64,000 nt of DNA from Promethearchaeati archaeon (GCA_013166775.1 JABLTJ010000007.1:156551-220550), one strand, 5' to 3'; shown: positions 28,161 through 38,958, counted from the stretch's first letter. The notes: generated from the letters alone by a model not told the origin. Program-made: numbers and translations.

Positions 28161-30140
28161 TTAATAACTTTTTTTAGCTTTTTTTCTTATTAGTTTGGAA
28201 ATCAAGGTTATTGCTATAAATCCAGTTATAATAGTTCCAATAAAATCTCCTAAACTTGAACCAACTCTGAGATCTTTTTGTTTGTAACCTGCAGCTTCCA
28301 TCCATTGCCATGCTAAATCTAAGTTGTATTGGTATCTCTTAACGTCCCAATTGTAGTAGGCACCAAAACTTGGAGCTAAGCAGCTATGAGAGATTAAATA
28401 TCTACCTTCATTACATACTTGATTTATTTCTTCTCTATCAATAGCATAACATATTGCTTTCCTTACTGCACATGCTTTAGTATAGTTCGTTTTTCCTCTC
28501 TCTTCAATCCAAATAGAATTATTCAAACCTCCAATGAAATCTCGTTGGAGGTTGAAAGCAAGCAAACTCATATGATTCATTAAGGTTGATTGAATTTCAT
28601 AGGGACATACCATCATACATGCATCTTTGATTTCTGAAATGAAATTTGTAATATCATGATAATCTAATTTTCCCATTTTCATGTATTCAAATTGTTCATC
28701 CAATGTTCCTTTTATGTGAATATTGAAATCTTCTACAAAAGGTTCTAATCCTTCACTCCCATCAATTGCTCCTACTCCAAACCAATAAGGACTTCTCTTT
28801 AATTGAGCAAGCAGACGATGACCTTCCACACCCCATTCAAACTCCTCAACATAATAATTCATATATTTCCCACAACCAAAACCATAACGCAGAAATAAAT
28901 TCCATTCAGGAGTCATATCTATACCCTCATATAATCCTACACATTTTATACCACCATTTGTAAATGAAATCTCATTTTCTGTTGAATTTAGGAAAAATTC
29001 AGGAATTAAAGGTATATCAAATTTATACCAAAAATCAGCAAAAATATCTTTCTCTGGAGTTTCTGGAAATCTGTCTATAATAACATGAAAATCAAGTTCA
29101 TTAACTTCATCAACATAACAATCAGATAACCAATTATCTCTATGGTTGGTTATATGATAAAAGTCAGTAAGTGGATTATCCATTGTTAATAAGGTAAAGA
29201 CTGCATCCTTAGCTGTTACTTTTTGGTTAGTACCTGTACTGTTAGTTCCTTGTAAACCAGTCATTATAGGGAGATTCTCTATTGGAACTGTTGTATCGTT
29301 ATTTTCTGTGATATTATAGGATGGGTTCCAAAAAATATTATCTCTTAATGAGAATTTGAAGTGAGTGTTATCAATCATCTCCCAATCTCGAATTAATCCT
29401 GTTTTCAAAGGAATTAAATCTGGCCCGATTTGCATTAAAGGTTCATTGATTAAACTATGTCCATACCCACCAACATATTTATCTAAGCTAAATTTATCAG
29501 TTACTGCAACATTAAATTCATCTAAACTTTCTTGACCTTCATGAAGGCCATCAAAACTCATATATGGCAAACAATCAAATAAACCATAAGATGCATCGAA
29601 ACCTCTTGTATTCGGCCATACTGCTTCATGAGTTCTCATTGTAAATAAAGGTACAACTGGTAAAATATAATCCATTACTAGATTTTGCCATTTATGATAC
29701 AATTGTACTCTTTCTTCAAAATCAAACAATATTTCTCCTTCTAATAACATCCTTTCACTTTCATTTTGATAAGGGATAGATCTATCTAATTTTACTAGAT
29801 TAATCCAGGAAGATGTATAGTTGGCAGAAGTTAGATAGCATTCTCTAATATCAAGGAAATCATCGTAGGATTTACACTCAAAAAGAAACATATCCCATTC
29901 ATCAAAATCCCATGGGTGCCTTAGTCCGCAACAACCCGCAGTGCTCTTAATTTCCACATTTATACCTATTTCTTTAAGAAATTGGCTAATAAGATTAGCT
30001 TCTTCAGTAAGAGAACCCCATGGATGTCTATATAATTCCAAAGTAAAGAAATAGTTTCTAACTGGTTCTGTATCTGCGTTAATCAGAATTGTAGATGCAA
30101 CTAGAACAATTAAGAGCAATCCTACTTTCTTACATTCCAT
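28161..30140 (-). CDS. Family 5 (oligopeptide-type) solute-binding protein with C-terminal membrane anchor
   Basis: Signal peptide, DFEERVQLYHKWQ...PVVPL, GCGKYM, VRKAICYAIDREEI, YNLDLA; C-terminal TM plus basic tail. Confidence 0.82.
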   Translation of the reverse strand: MECKKVGLLLIVLVASTILINADTEPVRNYFFTLELYRHPWGSLTEEANLISQFLKEIGINVEIKSTAGCCGLRHPWDFDEWDMFLFECKSYDDFLDIRECYLTSANYTSSWINLVKLDRSIPYQNESERMLLEGEILFDFEERVQLYHKWQNLVMDYILPVVPLFTMRTHEAVWPNTRGFDASYGLFDCLPYMSFDGLHEGQESLDEFNVAVTDKFSLDKYVGGYGHSLINEPLMQIGPDLIPLKTGLIRDWEMIDNTHFKFSLRDNIFWNPSYNITENNDTTVPIENLPIMTGLQGTNSTGTNQKVTAKDAVFTLLTMDNPLTDFYHITNHRDNWLSDCYVDEVNELDFHVIIDRFPETPEKDIFADFWYKFDIPLIPEFFLNSTENEISFTNGGIKCVGLYEGIDMTPEWNLFLRYGFGCGKYMNYYVEEFEWGVEGHRLLAQLKRSPYWFGVGAIDGSEGLEPFVEDFNIHIKGTLDEQFEYMKMGKLDYHDITNFISEIKDACMMVCPYEIQSTLMNHMSLLAFNLQRDFIGGLNNSIWIEERGKTNYTKACAVRKAICYAIDREEINQVCNEGRYLISHSCLAPSFGAYYNWDVKRYQYNLDLAWQWMEAAGYKQKDLRVGSSLGDFIGTIITGFIAITLISKLIRKKAKKSY

Positions 30141-30233
30141 ACTCTCACTTTCAAACCACAGAATTGAATAAACGGAAGCAGAAGTAGTTATAAGCTTTTA
30201 GGCGGATTATGCACGATAAGTAATTAAACTCCA

Positions 30234-31193
30234 CTATCTTTGGATTTTTATCTCAAATTGTTTTAGTGATTCAGGTAATCCATCGTTTTTTGCTACTTTA
30301 ATAAACTCTGTACCAATTATTCCTGCTAATAATTGTCTATCTTCATCTGCAGTATTCATGAAGAGAAATCTTCCTCTAGGTATCTCCTTAGCATAGTTGT
30401 AATAATCCAATCTGGGATGATATCTGTCTAATGGTCCTGTATTTATGAATATTTCATTTTTGATTTTCTTCAAATCTTCAAAAATGTTGAACCTATTATT
30501 TTCAAGTGTGCATCTTTTGAATTTCCAAGGTTCTAAACCTCGAGCAAATTCAATCATTCTTCTTCTATTAATTTTGTTTTTCATTCCAGCTGTAAAGATG
30601 TAAGCTATAGGTATTCTTATGGCATTAAGTAGGAACATTGGAACAATTCTAAGAAGCACATCATTGATTGACTTATCCCATATCCATTTGACTATAGGAC
30701 CATGAACGAAAGTGGTTGGAGGGTCAAAATACTTATTGATTAAACCATCAAGAATAACTGCACCTCCATAACTAGAACTCGCTAGAACATAATCTTTGTT
30801 AGCAAGTCCAAGATTTTTTATTTCTACACCTACATCATAAGCAGTTCTATTTATCGTCATGGTTGTTTGTCTTGTTCTTTTGATTTTACTAGATCTCTTT
30901 TCTCTTGTCTCTAAGTAATAATATTCTCCAAAATCTTGATGAGGAATATGAAAATCTACCCAGATACTAGGTGCTGCAACATAGCCTGGGATGAAAACGA
31001 TTGGTCTTTTCGTTGTCTGTTTCTCAGGTTTATGATGAAAAACTCTCAGCTCTCCATCGTCAATTGGCACATATTGAATTTCACTCGCTCCTTCTTCTAG
31101 AAAAGTTGGAACATCTCTTCTACCCTTATCTAGCAGCTCTTTTATAGCTTTTCTCTGTCCTTTAGTGAGTACAAACATATCTTCGTTATTCAT
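30234..31193 (-). CDS. Alpha/beta hydrolase fold protein
   Basis: IVFIPGY oxyanion motif, ASSSYGG nucleophile elbow. Confidence 0.7.
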   Translation of the reverse strand: MNNEDMFVLTKGQRKAIKELLDKGRRDVPTFLEEGASEIQYVPIDDGELRVFHHKPEKQTTKRPIVFIPGYVAAPSIWVDFHIPHQDFGEYYYLETREKRSSKIKRTRQTTMTINRTAYDVGVEIKNLGLANKDYVLASSSYGGAVILDGLINKYFDPPTTFVHGPIVKWIWDKSINDVLLRIVPMFLLNAIRIPIAYIFTAGMKNKINRRRMIEFARGLEPWKFKRCTLENNRFNIFEDLKKIKNEIFINTGPLDRYHPRLDYYNYAKEIPRGRFLFMNTADEDRQLLAGIIGTEFIKVAKNDGLPESLKQFEIKIQR

Positions 31194-31283
31194 TTTTTAA
31201 CCACAATTAGATGAATGAATTCGAAATTAGAAAACATACGTTATTTTTAGACATTCTTTAGAAGCAGTAGATTTATAGATTCT

Positions 31284-31523
31284 TCATTTCTTCTTTTGTT
31301 TCTTTCCCCAATCCATTTTTTTCTTCTTCGATTTTGCATCCTCTTTTAAGCAACTAGGACAGAATGGTTTTTACAGATACCATTGGAAAATTTCCTTCTT
31401 ATGAACTTTCATTCCACAGCATTTTAGCTCAATAACATCGTTTTTACTTTCTTTCTCAAGATTCAGTTTGCAAAAATTACACTTATTGTTTTGCTCATTG
31501 CTTGAAGATTCATCCAAGTTCAT
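31284..31523 (-). pseudogene. Stand-alone RING-finger protein with an internal stop
   Basis: MNLDESSSNEQNNKCNFCKLNLEKESKNDVIELKCCGMKVHKKEIFQWYL*KPFCPSCLKEDAKSKKKKMDWGKKQKKK*; in-frame TAA at 31371-31373. Confidence 0.8.
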
Positions 31524-31533
31524 ACTAACTTAG

Positions 31534-32061
31534 TTATCGTTTTCATCTTGTAATTGCTATTGTTTATACTAGAACAGATACACCAACTAAGAAGTAACTT
31601 ATACTTGAAGTATCTTCAGTACTGAGTACTGTCCCAGCTGCAATATAGAATGATCTTGCTACAGGTTCACAAACTCTAAACCTAAAAATTCTGAGGTTTC
31701 ATGTAGATGATATTGTGTGAAATTTTCAAAAGATATCATTATAGTGAAACCTACGACTATACCAACATCGAACTGGATTAGATAATCTGCAGAGAAAATA
31801 TCATCAATTGTGTTTTGCATAATTGTGGGAAAAGCATCACATCTGTATACTGGTTCTATTTGACAAACTAATAATTTTACTAAAATATATAATGATGCAT
31901 CTTCAAATCCGACAGAAAAGATCATATTCTTGCCTTGTTCCAGGCTTTGAGGAGTTTTAGTTATATTTGCTATTCCATAAGTGTTAACTGCTTTAGTTGA
32001 CTGTAAAGATGTAGATAAAAACACCATAATTTCTCAGTAAAAAAATCTTGATTTTGAACAT
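31534..32061 (-). pseudogene. Secreted, C-terminally anchored surface protein, disrupted
   Basis: ATG at 32061 (MFKIKIFLL) is out of frame with track ORF 31659-32027. A second shift at ~31668 continues EPVARSFYIAAGTVLSTEDTSSISYFLVGVSVLV*TIAITR*KR*. Confidence 0.7.
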
Positions 32062-32138
32062 CAAATTCCCAAATCGAAGATTTTAAATAAGTTTGTGCTT
32101 TATAATCCTTGGTTGTGAGCTACTAAATATTCTTCAGC

Positions 32139-32678
32139 TCACAACCCTCCCTCCCTCATTAAAGCTTTTATTATAAATTCTGTAACTTTGATTAAGAAAT
32201 CCTCAGAAGGTTGTTTTGTTAAAAACCATGTTTTATTTGGATGAATTGAGAATAGCCTTGATAATTGATGAACAACCTCTTGCCTTACTCCAAAAATAAC
32301 GATTTTTCCTTCTTTGTTAATCGATTTCAACAGTTTGAAAATTGATTTATACAGCCCTCTTTTTTTTACTTCAAGTCTTCCAATTTCATCAATAAATACA
32401 ATATCATAATCAGAGGCTGTTTCTAGCGTTTTAGCTGCAAATTTCAAAGCTCTATCAGCTATGAAATATTTACCAATTTGAATACCTTTTTTATCCTTCT
32501 CTTCTTTAAAATAAGATGTTTTTTGAGTTTTAAGATCCACGAATCTCTTTGTTTCTTGACCTAAAGTAATAATCCCACCTATTTGGTTTGTTTCCGCTAA
32601 TCTTTTAGCAAGATTTTTCAGTAATGTGGATTTTCCAATTCCGATTGGTCCACTGATTACAATGAACAATTCTTTCAC
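32139..32678 (-). CDS. NTPase_1 (THEP1-like) nucleoside triphosphatase
   Basis: GPIGIGKST, IGKYFI, VFIDEIGRLE. Confidence 0.85.
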   Translation of the reverse strand: MKELFIVISGPIGIGKSTLLKNLAKRLAETNQIGGIITLGQETKRFVDLKTQKTSYFKEEKDKKGIQIGKYFIADRALKFAAKTLETASDYDIVFIDEIGRLEVKKRGLYKSIFKLLKSINKEGKIVIFGVRQEVVHQLSRLFSIHPNKTWFLTKQPSEDFLIKVTEFIIKALMREGGL

Positions 32679-32693
32679 TCACTTGAAAATAAA

Positions 32694-33350
32694 TTATCGA
32701 GCTAGTATGATATCCTTCCAAGATTCAAATATCAAAACGAATCCTTTCGCTCCTGCATCTACAACATTTGCTTCTTTGAGTACATCTAGCATTTCTGTTG
32801 TCCTTTCAAGGCAGTCAAAAGCTATTTCTACAAGTATTTCCATATACTCTATCCATTCAATTTCAGGGTTCCCTAAGATTATTGATTTAGCTTTTTCCGT
32901 TACTTCTTTCATAACAGTAAGAATTGTTCCTTCAGTAGGATTGAGAACAGAATCATATGCAAAATCGGTTCCTTCAATCAAAGCCTCACTGAAAACTTGA
33001 GGAGTAATGATTTCAGCTTTTTCGAGATGTTCAACTACCCCTATTAAAAATTGAGAATAGATAACACCTGAATTTCCTTTAGCTCCAATGAAGCTTCCTT
33101 TGCTGATTGCCTGTAAAATTGCATCTCCAGTTAACTCTGTTACTTCCCTAACTTCGTTAACAATAGCTTTTAGTGTGAAAAACATATTACTTCCTGTATC
33201 ACCATCTGGTATTGGAAAAACATTAATTGCATTGATATTTTCTTTTTCTATTTCAATACTTTTTTCGCTTCTTATCATCATTTCTTTGAAGAGAATAGGA
33301 TCCAATATGTGATGGTCACTAATCATAGTAGTCACAATTGTTTGATACAT
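32694..33350 (-). CDS. Stand-alone DAK2-domain protein (FakA N-terminal kinase domain-like)
   Basis: INAINVFPIPDGDTGSNM, GAKGNSGVIYSQF, PTEGTILTV, VVDAGAKG. Confidence 0.88.
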   Translation of the reverse strand: MYQTIVTTMISDHHILDPILFKEMMIRSEKSIEIEKENINAINVFPIPDGDTGSNMFFTLKAIVNEVREVTELTGDAILQAISKGSFIGAKGNSGVIYSQFLIGVVEHLEKAEIITPQVFSEALIEGTDFAYDSVLNPTEGTILTVMKEVTEKAKSIILGNPEIEWIEYMEILVEIAFDCLERTTEMLDVLKEANVVDAGAKGFVLIFESWKDIILAR

Positions 33351-33543
33351 CTTCTCTACTATTTAGGTTTAAAAACATTATCTAATCAGTATAGAATACT
33401 TCTTTCGATGACATCGGTTTTTCCCAGTGTATTCATTTGATCTTGGAATCTAAAAGATCTATCCAAACGCTATTCTAAATGAGTCATACCAACAGTTTTA
33501 AGAAGACTGTATAAAGCAATGTGCTTGTTAGAGGTGAAATTAT

Positions 33544-34728
33544 TTGGACATACCTGAAGGATACTGGGGGATATACAAAGACAAAGAGAACATGCCTTTA
33601 GAAAGATTCGATCCTTTTCGAACTATAATCAATGAGTTTGGAACTAAAGTTGGGCATATTACACAATTTTCTCCTTTAAGAGGAATTCGACCTTTTGAAC
33701 ATAGAGAAAATAATCAGGAGAATACTGAGATTTCTAGTCCTGCAGATGATTCATTCTGTAAGATTATTAGAGGAGATTTACCTGCAGTTGTACTTTCATT
33801 AGGTAAGCAAGTTGGTAAACACCCATTAAGCGTCAAATCAGAGAAAACCAATTTATGTAAGTATTCTGCAATTTCAATAGTTAACCTATTCACACCAATG
33901 GCTCGAGTTCTATATGAACATACACAATCACTTGATTTAGTACAGGATAAAAGTGTTGGAATTGGTATTGTTCACCTTATTACAAATCATTATGATACGC
34001 TTTCAGAAACTTCAATTAGAGAAACTGTAGATCTATTACTCACAACACAGATAGCACAAAAAAACAGCATACAAGTTCTAAAAGAGAAATATAATACGAA
34101 TAGATTAACAACACTGCATTTCTTTAATATTGGAGAAGAAGCAGGCGCTAGTATTTGTCATCTTCATTCACAGACTTACATATATGCAAATGATATTGGA
34201 CATGGCTGGACTTCTCTTGGATTTTTAAGTGTGCCAGGATTTCATAAAAAAAAGATGGAAAATGAAAACTATTGTTTAGCTTGTGAGTTAGTAAAGAATA
34301 GAGAGAAATTAAAAGATCCAATTGAACAAGAGCTTATAGTTGAAGAAAGGATCGTTTTCGAGAATGAAGGATGGATACTTCTCACAGCTTTTGCTCCAGA
34401 GCGAGATGGACAGTTAAGATTAATACCTAAGAAGCATACGTCAAAATTCTATGAACTTGATGAAAAACAAATTTATGATTTAGCTGAAGCTCTTGTAGTA
34501 GCTAATAAAGCTCTAGATAAATTCGTAAAGATGGCTCATCCTAGTATGAATCTATTACAAGATCGGAACATTCTTTTCAGACAAGAAAATGTTGGTTACA
34601 ATTCTGACATGCATATGCTAATAGATATCATCCCAATCCAAAGAATAGGAGGAGCTGAAATAATGGAAACATACAGAATTGCGACTATGTTTCCAGAGGA
34701 TGTAGCAAAAATTATGAAAGAAGAATAG
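33544..34728 (+). CDS. GalT/HIT-family sugar-1-phosphate nucleotidyltransferase-like protein
   Basis: NIGEEAGASICHLHSQ (HxHxQ), CLAC, AFAP, IPKKH. Confidence 0.8.
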   Translation: MDIPEGYWGIYKDKENMPLERFDPFRTIINEFGTKVGHITQFSPLRGIRPFEHRENNQENTEISSPADDSFCKIIRGDLPAVVLSLGKQVGKHPLSVKSEKTNLCKYSAISIVNLFTPMARVLYEHTQSLDLVQDKSVGIGIVHLITNHYDTLSETSIRETVDLLLTTQIAQKNSIQVLKEKYNTNRLTTLHFFNIGEEAGASICHLHSQTYIYANDIGHGWTSLGFLSVPGFHKKKMENENYCLACELVKNREKLKDPIEQELIVEERIVFENEGWILLTAFAPERDGQLRLIPKKHTSKFYELDEKQIYDLAEALVVANKALDKFVKMAHPSMNLLQDRNILFRQENVGYNSDMHMLIDIIPIQRIGGAEIMETYRIATMFPEDVAKIMKEE

Positions 34729-34762
34729 AAAAACTTCACTTTTAAATTAGGAGAGTTTATAC

Positions 34763-35932
34763 ATGAATACCAAGAAAAAAGTTCCAGTAGTTTTTGTTCT
34801 CCATGCTTACCAACCAGTTACTCAAGATGAAAAAATACTAAAAAGAATAATAAACAATTGTTATCTCCCATTCCTAAAATTACTTGTTAAAAAACCTGAA
34901 ATTAAAATCAATTTAAATATAACTGGGTGTCTTTTAGAAAAACTAGCAATAAAATATCCTGAAGTCTTGGAATTATTGGAAAAAGCAATTCAAGCAAATC
35001 AAGTTGAAATAATGGGTTCAGCTTTTTATCATCCAATACTGCCTCTTTTATCACCTCAAGATCAGCGTTATCAAATCAAGAAACAGAAAGAAACTGTCCA
35101 TAATATTTTAGGTGTAAATACCGGCGTTTTTTTCCCACCTGAACTTGCAATTTCAATGGATCTTATTCCACAAATTATTAAGGAAGGATATGAGATTTTA
35201 GTTGCTCCTGATAATATCAGTTACCATCCTTTTGGTGGAATTTATGAACTAGAGAACGGAAGGAATATTCTTGTACTTAAGAGAAACAAAAAGATAAGCA
35301 ATAAAATATCATTTGATTTCTATAATCAAGAACTTGAAGAAGTTATTGAAGATATGGAGAAAACATATAGTTTAACAAACTACCCCATAGTTCTAGCAAT
35401 GGATTTGGAAACATTTGGTGAGCATCATGAAAATTACTATAAGTTCTTTTTCGAAATTTGTGAAAAAATCGAGACATCTACACTTACTTTGAGTTTAAGG
35501 AAATTTCCAAATGATGTTTTTATTGAAACATTTAATACAACTACTTGGTCAACTAGTGACAAGGATCTCGAAGAATCAAATCCTTTCCCTTTATGGAGTC
35601 ATCCCCTCAATCCAATTCATCAATTGCAACAGAGCCATATTCAATTATTAGAGAGAGTAAGAGAGTTTATCAACAGTGGTGATTGGTTTGATGATTATCA
35701 AGCATCTCATTATTCTTGCCAATTCTGGTGGGCTTCCAGAGATTGGTGGGCTTCTGAATTAATCCTTTTAGGATTACAACTTCAAAGGGAAACTTTGTTA
35801 AAAATGATTGAAGTTTTACCAAATAAGTCAAAACAAATAATTTTTAATCTATCCAATGACATCATTCAAAGGATAGTAGACATTATAGCAGTAATAGAGG
35901 TTCAAAATGAAGATAGCATTCATATCAGCTGA
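34763..35932 (+). CDS. Glycoside hydrolase family 57 protein
   Basis: LHAYQP, SAFYHPILP, FPPELA (nucleophile), MDLETFGEH, SCQFWW. Confidence 0.9.
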   Translation: MNTKKKVPVVFVLHAYQPVTQDEKILKRIINNCYLPFLKLLVKKPEIKINLNITGCLLEKLAIKYPEVLELLEKAIQANQVEIMGSAFYHPILPLLSPQDQRYQIKKQKETVHNILGVNTGVFFPPELAISMDLIPQIIKEGYEILVAPDNISYHPFGGIYELENGRNILVLKRNKKISNKISFDFYNQELEEVIEDMEKTYSLTNYPIVLAMDLETFGEHHENYYKFFFEICEKIETSTLTLSLRKFPNDVFIETFNTTTWSTSDKDLEESNPFPLWSHPLNPIHQLQQSHIQLLERVREFINSGDWFDDYQASHYSCQFWWASRDWWASELILLGLQLQRETLLKMIEVLPNKSKQIIFNLSNDIIQRIVDIIAVIEVQNEDSIHIS

Positions 35933-37361
35933 AGTAGCACCATTTTCAAAAACAGGCGGTTTAGGAGATGTCTCCTCTGCATTTCCTAAAGCAATGCAAG
36001 GACTAAAACACCGAATATTAATTATTTCTCCACTCTATAAAATGATTGACGCTAAAAAATTCAGATTACAGATTGTAAAGAAAAATCTAACAGTTACTAT
36101 AGGTGAAAAAACAGAATTGTTTGATCTCTATGTTTCTTTTATACCTCACTCCAAAGTTCCAATTTACTTTATTAAGAATTCTTACTTATACAGGGATGGA
36201 ATTTACGGTGATGAAACAGGCGAGGATTATCCAGATAGCGCATATAGGTTCATCACTTTTTCAAAAGCAGTCTTCGAAGCTCTGAAGTGGTTAAAATTTT
36301 CTCCAGATATCATCCATGTAAATGACTGGCATACAGGTCTTTTACCATTTTATCTTAAAACTGAATATAGAGAGATTGATCTATTTAGAAAAACAAAATC
36401 TGTTTTTACAATCCACAATATAGGTTATCAAGGTATATACCCTCTAGAAGACATTGTAGATGCTCAAATCCCAGAAATTTACTTCAGTGAGGAACTGTTA
36501 GGTTTCTACGATCAAGTTAATTTTATGAAAGCTGCTGTAGTTTATGCTGATGCCGTTACAACAGTTAGTTCGAAGTATTCAGAAGAGATTCAAACTAAGG
36601 AATTTGGTTATGGATTAGAAGAGTACATAAAAGAACGAAAAGAAGATCTTTTTGGGATTGTCCATGGAATTGATTTAACTGTTTGGAACCCAAAGAATGA
36701 TAAATTATTAGTTAAGAAATATGATTCAAAAAATTTGGATAAGAAAGCTGAAAATAAGAGTTATCTTCAAGAAAAACTCAATCTTAATCTTTCAAAAGAA
36801 CCAGTCTTAGGTATTATTTCAAGACTTGCCACACAAAAAGGTTTGGACTTAATTCTCGAAAAATTCGATGATATGATGAATCTCAAGATTCAGATTATTC
36901 TCCTAGGTACAGGAGATCCAAAACTGGAAAAGAAATTCAAAGAAAAGGAAGAGAAATATCCTGAAGATTGTTCTATCAATATAATGTTTGATAACGTTCT
37001 AGCTCATCAAATAGAAGCTGCATCAGATATGTTCCTAATGCCTAGTGCATATGAACCCTGTGGTTTAAATCAAATGTATTCAATGCTTTATGGAGCTGTT
37101 CCCATTGTCAGAAATACAGGTGGATTATCTGATACTGTTGAAGATTATGATAACGAGACAGGAGATGGATCTGGATTTGTTTTTGAATCAATGGATGCAG
37201 ATGAATTCTTCAAAGCAGTAGAAAGAGCTGTTAAATTATACAAAGAAGAACCAGAGAAATGGACACAATTGCAGCGAAGAATAATGGATAAAGATTTTTC
37301 ATGGAAGAATGCTGCAAAACGTTGGGAGCAAGTTTATCAGTACGCTCTTAATAAAAAATAA
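35907..37361 (+). CDS. glgA: Glycogen synthase (GT5)
   Basis: KTGGLGDV, HVNDWHT, TIHNIGYQG, RLATQKG, EPCGL. Confidence 0.96.
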   Translation: MKIAFISAEVAPFSKTGGLGDVSSAFPKAMQGLKHRILIISPLYKMIDAKKFRLQIVKKNLTVTIGEKTELFDLYVSFIPHSKVPIYFIKNSYLYRDGIYGDETGEDYPDSAYRFITFSKAVFEALKWLKFSPDIIHVNDWHTGLLPFYLKTEYREIDLFRKTKSVFTIHNIGYQGIYPLEDIVDAQIPEIYFSEELLGFYDQVNFMKAAVVYADAVTTVSSKYSEEIQTKEFGYGLEEYIKERKEDLFGIVHGIDLTVWNPKNDKLLVKKYDSKNLDKKAENKSYLQEKLNLNLSKEPVLGIISRLATQKGLDLILEKFDDMMNLKIQIILLGTGDPKLEKKFKEKEEKYPEDCSINIMFDNVLAHQIEAASDMFLMPSAYEPCGLNQMYSMLYGAVPIVRNTGGLSDTVEDYDNETGDGSGFVFESMDADEFFKAVERAVKLYKEEPEKWTQLQRRIMDKDFSWKNAAKRWEQVYQYALNKK

Positions 37362-37378
37362 ATAAAGATTTAACCTTT

Positions 37379-38872
37379 TCATTTTTGTTTTTTCTTTCTC
37401 ATATAACTTAAGTATGAACTAATTGAGAATAATGAAAGAGAAAGAAAAATAGTGAAAATCTCTGAATGAATTGTTTCCGAAGTTGTTAGAAACGGTACTA
37501 TTGGAGATGATAAAGGATAAGGGTCTATATTCTCTGCGGTACCATCAATTGAATACTCCTTTCCTTTTCTGGAATTTGACCAATAATTCCCCTCTTTTAA
37601 AGAAATATCATACCAAAGATTCTCCTCTCCATTGTCATTTGCTTGTGAAGAAGAATCTTGTTTATTATTCACAAAAGTATTGTGATGAATCTGATTGTAT
37701 TTTGAAGATTTGTTCAGGTAAACACAATAATCAGAACTGGATTGGATTAGGTTGTAAGAAATAGTTGTATATTTAGCATAAGCTAATTCTATACCATTCT
37801 TTTGATTTTCATAAATAACATTCCATGATACATCAGTATAGAACGAATAGAAGAAGGTTATTCCGTTATCTTTATTCAATGAGATAGTATTATCTTTGAT
37901 TACTGAAGAGTTATCTTCATTCAAATAGATACCAAAACGATTTTCTAGAACTGTGTTATTAGTTATTATTGAAGATTCTGCAATTGACAAACGAATCCCC
38001 TCTTCTTTATTCAGAGAACAATTATTATATTCCACTATATCATATTCTGTGAAAGTCAAAGTTATTCCATCCATATTATTGATGCAAGTATTGTTTTTCA
38101 CCAAGCATTCATCAGAGAAATAGATATAGATCCCACGATTTTCATTGTTTTTACATGTGTTATTGATTACAGAGGTTTGATCACTCGAATATAGACGGAT
38201 GCCATTAAGATTATCATTACAGATATTATCAGAGACAAAGGAATATTCTGAAAGAGAAAAATTGATCCCACTATAGCCATTGCCAGAGCAATTATTATTA
38301 AAGACAGTTGAATTTCCTGAATAAGACAGTATTATACCATCTTCAATGTTTTCTGTACAATAATTGTCACTAAGAATACATAAGGGGGAATTCTGTAATC
38401 GAATTCCGTACCAAATACTATTTCTGCAGGTATTTCCCGTGATGATAGTTGAAGGTGAGGATTTTACCCTGATGCATGAATAATCATGATTTTCACTGAC
38501 ATTGTTAATTATTACAGCTGTACCATTCGCAACACCATTTATGTAAATTCCATCAACTTCTGCATCAACATAGCAATTACTTACAACAAAGTATTTTGAA
38601 GTGTTAGTAATATAAATTCCATTTGAATCAGTAGTGATTATTTCAAGAGAATCTATCAAAAAAGGAAGTTCTTGCGTTCCATCTCCTGAAAAACCATAAT
38701 CGGTGAAATTTACATCAGAAGATATGATAACAGGATTGGATTGTAATAGTTTTGGATTTTCTCCTTTGATTATGTCAGTATTTTCTATCGAAGAGGATGG
38801 ATTAGCATAACAGAAGAAAGAGACAAAAAACAATCCAAAAATGACCATCAAATAAATTATTCTGTTTCTCAT
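37379..38872 (-). CDS. NosD-like right-handed parallel beta-helix surface protein with C-terminal anchor
   Basis: Repeated NN.c..N..GI.L units, GNYWS, DPYP, TM+RKKKQK. Likely start MRNRII at 38872 rather than 38998. Confidence 0.88.
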   Translation of the reverse strand: MRNRIIYLMVIFGLFFVSFFCYANPSSSIENTDIIKGENPKLLQSNPVIISSDVNFTDYGFSGDGTQELPFLIDSLEIITTDSNGIYITNTSKYFVVSNCYVDAEVDGIYINGVANGTAVIINNVSENHDYSCIRVKSSPSTIITGNTCRNSIWYGIRLQNSPLCILSDNYCTENIEDGIILSYSGNSTVFNNNCSGNGYSGINFSLSEYSFVSDNICNDNLNGIRLYSSDQTSVINNTCKNNENRGIYIYFSDECLVKNNTCINNMDGITLTFTEYDIVEYNNCSLNKEEGIRLSIAESSIITNNTVLENRFGIYLNEDNSSVIKDNTISLNKDNGITFFYSFYTDVSWNVIYENQKNGIELAYAKYTTISYNLIQSSSDYCVYLNKSSKYNQIHHNTFVNNKQDSSSQANDNGEENLWYDISLKEGNYWSNSRKGKEYSIDGTAENIDPYPLSSPIVPFLTTSETIHSEIFTIFLSLSLFSISSYLSYMRKKKQK

Positions 38873-38958
38873 TCTTTCTCCTTCTGTAATCCAGTAAGTT
38901 GATTTGTCAAAGTTCTCTGTTAAATGTTGTGCTAAAATGAAGCCAACTGGATTTAGTT

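Noticed and set aside
31371-31373. Stop-codon recoding (Sec/Pyl) in the RING gene
   Set aside because: The codon is TAA, at a non-ligand position, and TAA ends many genes here; neighbouring genes are also decayed.
37700-38600. Periodic Asn-rich pattern as a DNA tandem repeat
   Set aside because: Explained by protein-level parallel beta-helix repeats.
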